The notes: a model not told the origin generated them from the sequence alone. DNA of 64,000 bases from an uncultured cyanobacterium (GCA_963740315.1 CAVUDP010000002.1:672001-736000), one strand, 5' to 3'. Counted from the first letter of the stretch, positions 51,231 to 62,326 are shown. Translations and numbers: made by a program.

Positions 51231-53347
51231 AACAAAAATTACAAGAAAAAACAACTCGGTTAATACAGGTAACTCATCAATTACGAAGTGAAATTAATCA
51301 ACGTCAGCAAAGTCAGCAAGCATACCGTCAAGCTTCGATTGAATTAGAAAAACAAGTTGCATTGAGAACGGCCGAACTTCTCAAAGTCAACCAAGAATTG
51401 AGCGTAAGCCTCGAAGAACAAACTGTTTTTGAAGAGGAATTACGTCAGCAAAACGAAGAATTATTGATTGCTCATGAAGACGCAAAGTTACAGCAACAGC
51501 GTTATGAGAATTTGTTCGAGTTTGCTCCAGATGCGTATTTGGTGACTGATGCCAATGGAAAGATTCAAGAAGCTAACCGTGCAGCTAGCATCTTGCTTGT
51601 TGTATCCCGAAAATATCTCATAGGTAAACCCATATTTGTTTTTATTGCTAAGCGCGATCGCAAAAGCTTTCGTACTCAAGTCAACTTGTTGGAGCGGGTG
51701 GAGGATTGGGAATGTTATATACAGCCACGGAAAAGCACGCCTTTTAATGCCACAATTACCATTACCAGCATCCATAACTCAGAAGGTAAGCTAGTGGGCA
51801 AGCGCTTGATGATTCGCGATATTACCGAACGCAAGCAGGCAGAAGAGAAGATTAAACAGCAAGCCGCTTTACTTGATATTACTACAGATGCAATCATGGT
51901 TTGCAATTTGCGTATGCAGATATTGTTTTGGAATCGGGGAGCGGAAAGTTTGTATGAATGGCTGGAAAAACAAGCTATAAACCAGAATATTCAAGAAGTT
52001 TTAAATAAAAACAATTCGTCTCAACTTGAATTAGCTTTTGTTAAAGTCTTAGAAGATGATTTTTGGCAGGGTGAGTTGCAGCAAGTCACAAAAAACGGTA
52101 AAGAGATAGTTGTTTACAGCCGTTGGAATTTGATGCGCGACGAAGAAAATAATCCACAATCAATTTTGATAGTCAACACCGACATTACCGAGAAAAAACA
52201 ACTCGAAGCACAATATTATCGAGCGCAACGTCTGGAAAGCCTTGGTACCTTAGCTTCCGGTATTGCTCACGACCTAAATAATATCCTATCTCCCATACTT
52301 ACAGGCACTCAACTACTGCTACGTAAACTTCCCGATTTGAACGAACAAAATCGGTTTATTCTCAAGATGCTGGAAGATAACTCCAAGCGCGGTGCCCAAC
52401 TTGTCAAGCAAATTACATCTTTTGCCAGGGGAGCAGAAGGCAATCGCGTTGCCATCCAATTACGGCACCTAATTAATGAAATTAAGCGGATTGTTAATAG
52501 TACATTTCCGGTGGGAATCGAATTTAGTACTAAAATACCAACAAAACTTTGGACGGTACAAGCACAGCCAACTCAAATACATCAAATATTGATGAATTTA
52601 TGTATTAATGCTCGTGATGCCATGCCTGAAGGAGGCAAGCTGAGTATTGCAGCCGAAAATCGATACATCGATCAAAATTATCACAGCATGAATCCGGAAG
52701 CAAAGGTAGGTAATTATGTGGCGATAACTGTTACGGATACCGGATGTGGCATACCGCAAGAAATTAAAGAACGAATTTTTGAACCGTTTTTCACCACAAA
52801 GGAAGTAGGAAAAGGCACGGGTTTGGGACTTTCTACAACAATTGGCATCGTCAAAAACCACGGTGGTTTTGTAGAGGTTTCCTCTCAAGTAGGTAAAGGT
52901 AGTCAGTTTGAAATGTATTTACCTGCCAGCCAAAACCAAGAAATAGAGGAAACAACTGAATCTGAGATAAGTAAAGGTAACGGGGAATTAATTCTGGTTG
53001 TAGATGACGAAAAAAACATTCGAGAAATAACCGAAAATTCTCTTCTTACATATAATTATAAAATACTTAGTGCTAATGATGGTTCTAAGGCTTTTTCGCT
53101 GTTTGCTAAATACAAACATGAAATTAGCTTAGTATTAATAGATATACAAATGCCGTCTATAGATGGGTTGCAAGTTATTAAAGTTTTGCAACGAATGAAT
53201 CCTAATGTCAAAATTATTGTGATGAGCGGAATCGAATCCAATCGTCAGCTAATAGATGCAAATGATATTAAGATAGAGGCATTTTTATCCAAGCCTTATA
53301 CCCTGGGGAAATTATTAGAAAAGATAGAAGCGGTAATAAAAAGCTGA
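51176..53347 (+). CDS. PAS-PAS hybrid histidine kinase with REC (only a TTG start; overlaps the CBS ORF in the -1 frame)
   Basis: GIAHDLNNIL, NLCINARDAM, PFFTTK, GTGLGL, ILVVDDE. Confidence 0.88.
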   Translation: MFTSTVVCKKKDINLTEVEQKLQEKTTRLIQVTHQLRSEINQRQQSQQAYRQASIELEKQVALRTAELLKVNQELSVSLEEQTVFEEELRQQNEELLIAHEDAKLQQQRYENLFEFAPDAYLVTDANGKIQEANRAASILLVVSRKYLIGKPIFVFIAKRDRKSFRTQVNLLERVEDWECYIQPRKSTPFNATITITSIHNSEGKLVGKRLMIRDITERKQAEEKIKQQAALLDITTDAIMVCNLRMQILFWNRGAESLYEWLEKQAINQNIQEVLNKNNSSQLELAFVKVLEDDFWQGELQQVTKNGKEIVVYSRWNLMRDEENNPQSILIVNTDITEKKQLEAQYYRAQRLESLGTLASGIAHDLNNILSPILTGTQLLLRKLPDLNEQNRFILKMLEDNSKRGAQLVKQITSFARGAEGNRVAIQLRHLINEIKRIVNSTFPVGIEFSTKIPTKLWTVQAQPTQIHQILMNLCINARDAMPEGGKLSIAAENRYIDQNYHSMNPEAKVGNYVAITVTDTGCGIPQEIKERIFEPFFTTKEVGKGTGLGLSTTIGIVKNHGGFVEVSSQVGKGSQFEMYLPASQNQEIEETTESEISKGNGELILVVDDEKNIREITENSLLTYNYKILSANDGSKAFSLFAKYKHEISLVLIDIQMPSIDGLQVIKVLQRMNPNVKIIVMSGIESNRQLIDANDIKIEAFLSKPYTLGKLLEKIEAVIKS

Positions 53348-53443
53348 AAGGTTAAAGGTTTGTAGTAAGGGCTTTAGCCCCCTCCAGTTTTAGGGAACCA
53401 ATGCCGTTATTACAAACCTTTTTACCCATCAAAAATTATGCAA

Positions 53444-54028
53444 TCAAATACTATATAGTTGCTTTCCGTTGGCTAGTTGAGAGGCAATCTGTTCGCGGTT
53501 GCTGACAAATGTATACTGTTCGTTAAAGCTACCCGACGGGCGATCGCCAATAATGTATTGACGCACTGGTATATCCGGAGCATTAATTACAATGCGATCG
53601 GATACGCGCACTGTTGTTTTTGGTGCATTGGGATCTTTTTGATCGAGTCGAGAAACTACCCACAGTTCGTTGTTTACTGCATATACATCTTGAATTTCCA
53701 GATTGTAACCAGCAGGAGCCTCAACTTCTGCGGTAATAGTACGTTCTTTCCGCTCTACTCCAGGTAAATCGACATCGATATAAGGAACATTAACGGTTTG
53801 TTGTTCCTGCACTACCACTACTTTAGGAACTGTAATGGTGCGCTTGGTTACTCCAACCTTTACATCCGGTCCTTTAATATCATATTCTGGCAATCTTCCG
53901 GGTTCTATATTTACTTCAGGTAAGCGAGCTGCTTGTTCTTTCTCGATTTGACACGATGCCAAAGGAACGAGAAGCATAATTAACGATAAACGTAAGACTT
54001 GAGGCAGGATTAAACGTTGCGATCGCAT
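53444..54028 (-). CDS. Hypothetical lipoprotein
   Basis: LASC lipobox; LPEVNIEPGRLPEYD. Confidence 0.7.
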   Translation of the reverse strand: MRSQRLILPQVLRLSLIMLLVPLASCQIEKEQAARLPEVNIEPGRLPEYDIKGPDVKVGVTKRTITVPKVVVVQEQQTVNVPYIDVDLPGVERKERTITAEVEAPAGYNLEIQDVYAVNNELWVVSRLDQKDPNAPKTTVRVSDRIVINAPDIPVRQYIIGDRPSGSFNEQYTFVSNREQIASQLANGKQLYSI

Positions 54029-54467
54029 TTTTATATTACAAGTAAACGACAGAATTAAGCTATGAGCAACGATAAGAATGCTGACAAAGAAGCGAAACTA
54101 ATTGCTTGGATACTGCAACGTTAATTACACCGTTCTAAATAATTAGTAACTATCCTATTTATAAGTATAAATATTTATTAGACATCCTTTTATATTCGCT
54201 ATATATACTAATATTAATCATTTTGGCTCAATTTACATCGCTCTACAGTTACAAACAAAAATTAACTAATTGTATATTTGATACCAAATTTTTACAATTA
54301 CGGATAAAAGCAATAGTTCTTTTAGCTTCAAGAGATCGGAATACATATCTATCTTTAGACATAGTAGTAGTCGATTGCATAATTTTTGATGGGTTCGTTT
54401 TCTCGTAAATGTCGGGAGACTATTCTGTGCTACGTCTCTACAACCCGCCCGAATTAATGTAGCTCCG

Positions 54468-54602
54468 TACTAGTAGTCTATTTCAAAAGTTTTGACGGGT
54501 AAAAAGGTTCGTAGTAAGAGTTTTAACTCTCGCATTTAGGGTTAAATCCGAAGGGCTTAAGCCCTTACTACGAACCTATCAAATTTAATGCAATCAACTA
54601 GT
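54468..54602. mobile_element. ~130 bp MITE/REP-like element (GGTTYGTAGTAAG...CTTACTACGAACC core, CTAG ends)
   Basis: Copies at 57386-57506 and 60957-61215 (tandem); cores at 9109-9152 and 53357-53420. Confidence 0.75.
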
Positions 54603-54727
54603 GGTCAATTATATAAGTTTTGCGGCTTGGCATGAGGGAGCATCGTTGAACCCAGAATTCTCTCTTGTTTTATTCTGTCAGAGAAGCTCAAAATCTATTA
54701 ATGTAGGTTGATAAGTATGCTCAAAAA

Positions 54728-55183
54728 ATGTTTAATCAATTTACCTTGGCACAAATATCAACTTTTGCTCCCATCGGCTGGCAGGGACTTACTTTTCGTT
54801 TAATTATTGCTCTAGTTATCGGCATAATTATTGGCTTAGAACGAGAAACAAAACAAAAGTCAGCAGGACTCAGAACTAATATGCTGGTCTGTTTTGCTTC
54901 TACTTTACTGATACTTATCCCAATTGAAATTGGTGCAGTGCAACAGAGTTTAGATGTTTTAGGACGAGTTATTTCCGGAATTATTAGCGGTGTTGGTTTT
55001 ATCGGTGGAGGGACTATTTTACGTGAATCGGAAGTTAAAGGCTTAACTTCTGCTGCTACCATCTGGATGACATCTGCCCTGGGTATTGCAGTTGGTTGTG
55101 GTTTGTGGCAGTTAGGTTTAGCCGGAGCATTAGTTACTTGGATAATTTTGCGAGTGTTCGATCGATGGAAAGATTATCTTTAA
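54728..55183 (+). CDS. MgtC/SapB family membrane protein
   Basis: IGLERE, AGLRT, GVGFIGGGTI, GLTSAATIW. Confidence 0.92.
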   Translation: MFNQFTLAQISTFAPIGWQGLTFRLIIALVIGIIIGLERETKQKSAGLRTNMLVCFASTLLILIPIEIGAVQQSLDVLGRVISGIISGVGFIGGGTILRESEVKGLTSAATIWMTSALGIAVGCGLWQLGLAGALVTWIILRVFDRWKDYL

Positions 55184-55372
55184 TTTAATTTAATTAAATA
55201 TAATATTGTTTATATTGATTCATAAAAATACAAATTAGATAACTAAATATTAACAAAAGTTAGATGCATAAATATTTTAATTATGACTTTGGATAGAACT
55301 AATAGATACGATCGGCGAATAACATAATAAGAAGCAGTCAAAGAAAAAAGCTAGAAATTATTAAACTAATTT

Positions 55373-55582
55373 ATGAGTATTACTTGTCTCGATCGCCCAA
55401 AATTTCATCAGCAGCAAAAAGTTTATTTTATTGGCGGTAGTGGCGAAGTAAAGAAACTTCAAAGAGAAGTTCATACCTGGATTTATACTGTTGAAATGCA
55501 TATGGGTTTGGAACCTGATTTTGGGCGAATAGGTGCCGAGACAACTATTCTTTTAGAAGAACAAGATATCTGTACTAATTAG
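55373..55582 (+). CDS. Small hypothetical protein
   Basis: PKF...VYFIGGSG...WIYTVEM...FGRIGAETTILL. Confidence 0.65.
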   Translation: MSITCLDRPKFHQQQKVYFIGGSGEVKKLQREVHTWIYTVEMHMGLEPDFGRIGAETTILLEEQDICTN

Positions 55583-56475
55583 AAAATTGTTTCAATTACG
55601 AGGTTTCCTAAAATTGGCACGAATAAACATCCTTCAATCCAAATACTGTAAACCGAACGGGGTGTTTTTGCATTAACCGTCCAGATATAGCTGATATTAA
55701 CCCCTACAGCTAAAATCATTTCTGGATAATAAGCGATCGCATTGGTTATCCATGCACCAATTATTGTCAGCAACATCAATATATTCATCGCTGTTAAAAT
55801 TATTTTTGTTCCCTTAATTCCGACCATAATTGGTAATGTAACGACACCTTTTTTATGGTCAGATTCTACATCCCGAATATCAAAAACATGGGAATTAGAA
55901 ACAATAAATACAAACATAAACAAAGTTGTTAATGCTGCTGCTAGATCGAATTTAGCTCCCGCATAAGCTATAGGTAAAGCAATAACGGCATAGGTTAAGA
56001 TACTACCAACAATCCAGGCTTTTGAACCGGGAATATCTTTCAATCGGTACCATTGCAATTCCGATTTACTTTTCCAGGGAAATAAAGGCGTACCGTAGAG
56101 TAAAGGAACAATACCGGCACAACTGACATAGCGAACTCTTAAAGGTGCATAGTAAAGAAGTAAAGCAGTAGTTGCGATCGCACAAAATAAGAAAACAAAA
56201 ATATATGGTTTTTGGAAGAATAACTGTGCTTTAGCTTCGGGGATTTTTTGGACGTAAGAGTCAAAAATGCGATCTAAATTGTAAGGAATTAAAGCAGTTA
56301 CAAAAATCAGAGCAATTGGTTGCCAATTATCGCCTAATTCCAGGACTATTTGAGTAAATAATCCTAAAGATGCAATTGCGCCAGCTACCCAAATACTAGG
56401 ATAGATAACAAAATTTAAAAAGCGATCGTATAGCCATTTAGAAACAGCATTTGATTCAAGTTTGTTAATTGTCAT
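55579..56475 (-). CDS. UbiA-family prenyltransferase-like membrane protein
   Basis: YNLDRIFD, LKDIPGSK, FDIRDVESD...TLP. Confidence 0.8.
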   Translation of the reverse strand: MTINKLESNAVSKWLYDRFLNFVIYPSIWVAGAIASLGLFTQIVLELGDNWQPIALIFVTALIPYNLDRIFDSYVQKIPEAKAQLFFQKPYIFVFLFCAIATTALLLYYAPLRVRYVSCAGIVPLLYGTPLFPWKSKSELQWYRLKDIPGSKAWIVGSILTYAVIALPIAYAGAKFDLAAALTTLFMFVFIVSNSHVFDIRDVESDHKKGVVTLPIMVGIKGTKIILTAMNILMLLTIIGAWITNAIAYYPEMILAVGVNISYIWTVNAKTPRSVYSIWIEGCLFVPILGNLVIETIF

Positions 56476-56535
56476 TCAATTTTGGATTTGGGATTTTGTA
56501 CCCAACTGATTTTTTAGTCATTATAAAAATAACAA

Positions 56536-57285
56536 TTATTTGATTCTGACTGCAATAGTATAAGAATTTCTTTGTTTGGCTTGTCGCCTACTTCTAACTA
56601 CACGAAAATCGTTATCTATATACAAATGTTCAAATTCAGGAGTAGCACCCAAAGCTGTTTTATATTTCTTGGCAGTGCTGCTATCTAAATTTTTTAATTC
56701 CACTTGAGTATAGGTATTTGCTGTTTCTGTATTTTGAGAAGAATAAGATTTCACTACCTTAGTAAACCAATTATCTGCTTTTTCAATACTTAAAGGAATT
56801 CCTTGCCATCTTAATGCTTGTTTAATAGCAATATTTTCAATCAGCCATTCATCTTCTTTAATTTGATATTTTTGCACAATCATTAAGTCAAAAGCTAAAA
56901 ATACCGATGCTAATTTTTGCAGCCAACCAAATTTTAGCTTATTACCTGGCGCATAGCGAGCCATATTGGCATAGAAACCATCATCATGAAAAATTTGATA
57001 AGATTGCTCTGGTAAACGTCCTGGTAAAGTATCTTGAAAGGGAATTGTACTAAAAACCGATTTCCATACACCGAGAACTAAAGGTACTTGCTCTTCTACT
57101 TGAGGAAAAGGATTGCGCTGGCTTAACTCAGTAACAATAGCCGCTAAATATTCTTGATAAAACTGTACTTTTTGCTTAAGTGGTTGGCTATCTTTATCTT
57201 GAGTAAGCTGTAATAACTCTTGTTTTAATTCTTCTGTACTTTTTTGATTTAATTCTTGGGGATTTAATGCAGTATCGTCAATCAT
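56536..57285 (-). CDS. PAP/fibrillin-like protein
   Basis: LKQELL...LSQRNPFP...LGVWKSVFST; LYIDNDFRVVR. Confidence 0.55.
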   Translation of the reverse strand: MIDDTALNPQELNQKSTEELKQELLQLTQDKDSQPLKQKVQFYQEYLAAIVTELSQRNPFPQVEEQVPLVLGVWKSVFSTIPFQDTLPGRLPEQSYQIFHDDGFYANMARYAPGNKLKFGWLQKLASVFLAFDLMIVQKYQIKEDEWLIENIAIKQALRWQGIPLSIEKADNWFTKVVKSYSSQNTETANTYTQVELKNLDSSTAKKYKTALGATPEFEHLYIDNDFRVVRSRRQAKQRNSYTIAVRIK

Positions 57286-57519
57286 ACAAAAATTCCTGAG
57301 TAATTCCGATCTATTAATCTATCTCCCTTAAAACTATCGCAACTACCCAAGTGATTTCAAATTCCTGGCAAATAAAAGTAAAGAATACTAGTAGTCGTTT
57401 CATTAGGTTTGACAGGTTTGTAGTAAGGGGCTAAGCCCCAAATCCGGAGGCGCTGAAGCGCTTACTACGAACCTTTTTACCCAGCAAAACTTTTGCTCAT
57501 GAGTACCAGGAATCCAAAC

Positions 57520-58032
57520 TTACGCAGCAACTGGCTCTGTATAACCTTGAATATTTTCCGGTTCAAACTGACGTATTACCCTTGTCGCTTCTCTTATCTG
57601 AGCCTCAGTTCCCTTAAACACAATGATATACTTACCAGCATTCAAACGATTGCGGTAAGCCAGCGCATCACCGCTACCTACAGTCCAACCTACAGCGCCA
57701 CCAACCAAAATCGCACCCAAGCCTCCAGAAACCGCGCCTAAAATACCTCCAATCAGATGGTTTCCGATACTACCAGCCCAGCTAAAAATTTCAATTCCCG
57801 AAAGTAAATTAAAAGCATAGCCAGCTGCAAACCCGAAAGGAATAACCCAAGCAAGTTTTTTTGATTGTTTTCCAGCTTGTTTATTTGGCTGAATAAATCC
57901 AAATTCATCTGCACTTTTGTAACCTTGTCCGAGAATGTTTATTTGTTCCTTGGGGAAGTTTTCTTTTTCAAGAGCCGTGTAAGCAGCTTCCACTTGAAAG
58001 CGATCGGTTAATACAGCAATTAAATAATTCAT
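57520..58032 (-). CDS. Hypothetical membrane protein
   Basis: AYTALEKE, GYKSADEFG, Gly-rich TM, YRNRLNAGKY. Confidence 0.75.
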   Translation of the reverse strand: MNYLIAVLTDRFQVEAAYTALEKENFPKEQINILGQGYKSADEFGFIQPNKQAGKQSKKLAWVIPFGFAAGYAFNLLSGIEIFSWAGSIGNHLIGGILGAVSGGLGAILVGGAVGWTVGSGDALAYRNRLNAGKYIIVFKGTEAQIREATRVIRQFEPENIQGYTEPVAA

Positions 58033-58524
58033 AAATCAAATTTGCATTGCGACTTTAAATTAGTGAAAATCAATATAAGGTTGGAGAAACAGCATTACCG
58101 CTCCTACACTTACAAACGATATAGTTACCCAAAATAAAACTAAATTAAGTCTCATTATTTTGTATCCTATCAATTAAATTAAAAAACATTTTTCTTGTAG
58201 GGTGTGTGACGCACCATCGTTAAGACGGAACGTAGCAACGCCGGTTTGTAGCGTCACGCACCATCAACGATTTTTGACAATAATGACGCTACGTTAGCGC
58301 AGCGAGGCGATAGCCTTAGACCGTAAGTCCTGTACTTATTTAAACTTAAACTTGAAAATTTATTTATTTATCCCTCAGTTGAGAGAATCTGCGTCAGATT
58401 AAAATATCTCATAAGTCTAACTATAGCTAGTTGTAATCGTACAAAATTAAAGCATATGGGGTAAAAACTAACTTAACTCAGAGGGCTTCGTTAAAATAAA
58501 ATCACCTGCGATCGACAGCAAACT

Positions 58525-59130
58525 ATGACCTATACTCCGCCAAAACTTCTAACTTTCGACCAATTTATAGCAGAATACGGGGATAATCCACGCTACGAAC
58601 TTATTGATGGAGAATTACGCGACATGGAACCAACAGGTCCTCATGAAGAAGTTTCGGGGAGTATTGCTGGTAGAATCTATACAGAAATTCTTCGTTCTAA
58701 GTTAAACTGGCTAATCCCAAAAAGCTGTTTAATTAAACCACCTGCTGCTGAAGCTACAGCACTACGTCCAGATGTCATAGTTTTAGATAAAGCAGAATTA
58801 AATAACGAACCACTTTGGCAAAAAGAGCCGATTATTTGTAATGGTAAAACAATTAAACTTGTAGCTGAAGTTGTTAGTACTAATTGGCAAGATGACTATG
58901 CAAGGAAAGTAGAAGAATATGCTTTTCTTAATATCCCAGAATACTGGATTATAGACTTTCGTGGTTTGGGTGGTTTGCAATTCATTGGCAATCCGAAACA
59001 ACCTACTTTTACAGTCTGTCAGTTAATTAACGGTGTATATCAACAGCAAAAATATCGGTTAGGAGATGCAATTACATCTTATCTTTTGCCGAGGTTGCAA
59101 TTTCAACTTGATGATGTAATGCCGTATTAA
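58525..59130 (+). CDS. Uma2 (DUF820) family endonuclease
   Basis: YELIDG, RPDV, LVAEVVS, DYxxKxxEY, IPEYWIID. Confidence 0.92.
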   Translation: MTYTPPKLLTFDQFIAEYGDNPRYELIDGELRDMEPTGPHEEVSGSIAGRIYTEILRSKLNWLIPKSCLIKPPAAEATALRPDVIVLDKAELNNEPLWQKEPIICNGKTIKLVAEVVSTNWQDDYARKVEEYAFLNIPEYWIIDFRGLGGLQFIGNPKQPTFTVCQLINGVYQQQKYRLGDAITSYLLPRLQFQLDDVMPY

Positions 59131-59497
59131 TGATGGATTTTTTTAAGATTGAGTAGCACACCTGATGGGGAATGAAATTTAATTTAAAGTTTGATTTTAT
59201 TAACGACTATCGACTTCATGCTACACCGATCATTGTCCACCTGCCTGTAGTAGTAGATTTATAACCCGCGCACCATCCGGGTTTTGTTTGAATAGCTGCT
59301 GCCTGCGGAGATATTAATTCTCTCAAGAAATGATTAAAAATTGGCTAGATTTTAGCAGGTTAATCCCCCTGAATAATCCTGTGGAGAATTGTATTATTGC
59401 AAATTGTGGCGAAAATTCTTTCCGGACAAAAGTCAACTTGATGGAAACACTATTAGTGGCTATAACAGTGTTTTGAGTTATACAATTAATTCTACTG

Positions 59498-60340
59498 ATG
59501 AAAAATAATAATCATCCAAAACCGTTTTGGATTGCAGTAACATTTTTACTTACTTTTGGTAGTAGTGTTTTTGTTGGCTTTCTAGCTTCTATATTTATTT
59601 CTAAGTCTTATTGGGGATATTATTTAAATCCACCTGGATTACCCAGTCAAGTTGAGAATTTTGAGAAAATTAGTTCAATTACTCCTGTTTCCAGTATTAA
59701 AAGAAATGACGGTAGCAGAATTTTTAAGATTGATACTTCAGACTCCTGCATAAAAGAAATACAGTCGGGGGCTGAAAATATTCAAAGCAACTGCGGTACG
59801 GGAAAATGTAATACAGAATATTGCGATAACAGTCGTATACTTCTATCTTTATATAAAAAAGAAAAGCTGCCGAAAAAGGCTGCCTACATTTCTCCAGACA
59901 AGCTAAATTCTTTGTATAATGACTTAGAAAAAAGCGAAGTTTTATATCAAGGCGAACCGGAATACAATGGTGAACTGGTATCGGATAAAACTAGCGGACA
60001 ACTAATATCTAAAGGTGATGGTAAGCGACTTCAAGGTATAGTCGTTGAAGCTGAAGATAAAGACAAGCAATCGTATTTATTTATAGCAGTTAATGGCGGA
60101 CAAATTAGTAACGACCATTATCCATATTACGAATTCTTATTTGAATTACCTAACTCTGAATCAACTCCCAAATTGATTGCAAGCAATCGCTTCTTTTACG
60201 AAATTGCAGGAGTTGAAGGCATTTTAGAATGGTATTCGATATGGATGTTTTTTATTGTAATTGGTTTTATTCTGAGTATTCCACTCACATTTCTACTGAT
60301 TCGCATGAAAGCACATCTAAAACCCCAGGCTTCTCACTAA
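59498..60340 (+). CDS. Hypothetical protein with two TM segments
   Basis: N- and C-terminal hydrophobic helices around a Cys-containing loop. Confidence 0.7.
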   Translation: MKNNNHPKPFWIAVTFLLTFGSSVFVGFLASIFISKSYWGYYLNPPGLPSQVENFEKISSITPVSSIKRNDGSRIFKIDTSDSCIKEIQSGAENIQSNCGTGKCNTEYCDNSRILLSLYKKEKLPKKAAYISPDKLNSLYNDLEKSEVLYQGEPEYNGELVSDKTSGQLISKGDGKRLQGIVVEAEDKDKQSYLFIAVNGGQISNDHYPYYEFLFELPNSESTPKLIASNRFFYEIAGVEGILEWYSIWMFFIVIGFILSIPLTFLLIRMKAHLKPQASH

Positions 60341-60404
60341 TTCTTTGCGTCTGCGTACCTTTGCGTGAGATGATTATTTTAAATGCGTATGTAGAGATGC
60401 AATC

Positions 60405-60854
60405 ATGTTTGCTAGCACCCAACCCAACACACCCCAACCCAAATGGCTGCACAAGCTAGATAAATTTGTCAAAGCGCATCATCTTGAATTAGCGGCGCTT
60501 TCATGGGGACTTTGGCAGCAAAATGGTAACAATGAGGGTACTATTGGTATTGATTTACTACCCTCACCGCATTTTGTCTACTGTCCGCATGACGCAATTA
60601 AGAAGTTTAACGATAATGTAGATAATAAGGTTCAGGAAATTTTAGGTTTGATAGATAATCATCAACCCGAAACAGAAGTCTTGATGATAGGTATCGGCAA
60701 AGAACAAATCAAGTTAATTTATTTTGAGCCAGAAACCCCACCACCTGTTTGTTTTAAACAAGTTAACCAAGATGTGGATAGATTAATGGATTTTTTAGAA
60801 GCGGGGATGAGTGAAGAGATAGTGGATAAACCGCATCCTCCCGGTGAAAGCTGA
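60405..60854 (+). CDS. ccmS: Probable beta-carboxysome assembly chaperone CcmS
   Basis: LDKFVK...LAALSWGLW...IGIDL.P.PHFVYCP; recognised from memory of the family. Confidence 0.6.
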   Translation: MFASTQPNTPQPKWLHKLDKFVKAHHLELAALSWGLWQQNGNNEGTIGIDLLPSPHFVYCPHDAIKKFNDNVDNKVQEILGLIDNHQPETEVLMIGIGKEQIKLIYFEPETPPPVCFKQVNQDVDRLMDFLEAGMSEEIVDKPHPPGES

Positions 60855-60956
60855 TATACGCCAGCGCTTCGGGGCGAATAATAAGTAAATCTACAGTAAA
60901 TTATAGTTATTACTAATAAAAAACAGATCGCTGGTAGTACGAGCCGGAATGCTCGC

Positions 60957-61215
60957 CAGTAGTCTATTGCATTAATTCTGATAGGTTCGTAGTAAGGGCT
61001 TAAGCCCCCTCCGGATTCCGTAATATGAGGCGAAGACAGCGCTTACTACGAACCTTTGTTACCCATAAAAACAAATGCAAAGGACTACTAGTAGTGGTCT
61101 ATTGCATTAATTCTGATAGGTTTGTAGTAAGGGCATTGGTTCCCTAAATCCGGAGCGCTTCAGCGCTTACTACGAACCTTTTTTACCTGTCAAAATTAAT
61201 GAAACGTACTACTAG
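60957..61215. mobile_element. Tandem pair of ~130 bp MITE/REP-like elements
   Basis: GTCTATTGCATTAATTCTGATAGGTTYGTAGTAAGGGC twice; junction CTACTAGTAG. Confidence 0.8.
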
Positions 61216-61615
61216 CATTACACAAATTAAATGCGCCATAGCTTAGTGGGAGCCTCCAAGCTGGTTCTCTCTAGCGAGCAAGATGCGATCGCTACGGTAA
61301 TTAATTGAAATTACTATAAATATAAAATGCCCGCAGTCTAAAAGATTAGGAAACCAATTTACAAAGCTTGCCTGTTTGCTGAATGCAGGCTTCGATCGTT
61401 TAGCCGTATTCTTATAGAGTATTGCGACTATCAAACCCACGCTTAACCTTTTATTAACCATCCAATTACTAAATAATACTAATATAAAATTAGTATCTTT
61501 TTAACAATTAAATTACTTAAAACGGAAGTATATTAGTAATGTAAACAACAATTAATTTAGTAATGTTTCGGATAGGATACAGCTATTAAAGCAAGATTAT
61601 CTTTTAATCAATAAG

Positions 61616-62326
61616 TTGTTTGGGAGAACAATAGGAGTGGATGAACAACTTCAAAAACTGATTGACGAAGTATGTCGTTACGAAGAAGGTACCCCAGAAA
61701 GGCAAAAAGCTTTAAATAGGCTGCTGATAACCGTTCAACAACTTCCTGGTATAAAAAAGGATAGCCATCAAGATTATTTAGAAGCTTTAAATAAAACATG
61801 GCAATGGGTTTGTCGGAGTATTGATAAATTTCAAGCAAATCCAAGCGATTCTTTACAAGAGTGCTTGATTAAATGGATTAACGGCTATTTAAAGTGGCGT
61901 ATTAAAGATTTATATGCTCCAGATAGTAAATATACTATTAGTTTAGACCGACAAATAAATAACAATGAAGGTAAGAAATTTACTAGGCTGGATATCTTGT
62001 CACCGCAGGATAGCAGTATTACTTTAGACTTACTAGATGTTAAAATTGCTGAGATTCAAAAACGCGATCGCTTCTCTTGGGGAGAAAGAATCATCCAATT
62101 TATCGAGCAAGACGAAAAACGTCAGTTGAGCGGCTGTGGTACAAGGGTAAATCCAGAATGCAACTGTCAATTGTTAGCAAAACGGTTATTGCTGGCAAAA
62201 CCGTCTCATAAAATTGCCGATATTGCCAGAGAGTTTAATGTAAGCAATCAAACTCTATACTCTCATTGGAAAAAAAAATGCTTACCTTTACTTAAAGAAA
62301 TAGGTGTGAATTTAAGGATTAATTAA
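61616..62326 (+). CDS. Sigma-70-like DNA-binding protein
   Basis: WINGYLKWR region, C-terminal HTH IAREFNVSNQTLYSHW; coupled to DUF1822; start may be GTG 61637. Confidence 0.7.
   Translation: MFGRTIGVDEQLQKLIDEVCRYEEGTPERQKALNRLLITVQQLPGIKKDSHQDYLEALNKTWQWVCRSIDKFQANPSDSLQECLIKWINGYLKWRIKDLYAPDSKYTISLDRQINNNEGKKFTRLDILSPQDSSITLDLLDVKIAEIQKRDRFSWGERIIQFIEQDEKRQLSGCGTRVNPECNCQLLAKRLLLAKPSHKIADIAREFNVSNQTLYSHWKKKCLPLLKEIGVNLRIN

Noticed and set aside
60957..61215. Possible CRISPR array
   Set aside because: Only two ~130-bp units with internal palindromes, no constant repeat with unique spacers, and no cas genes
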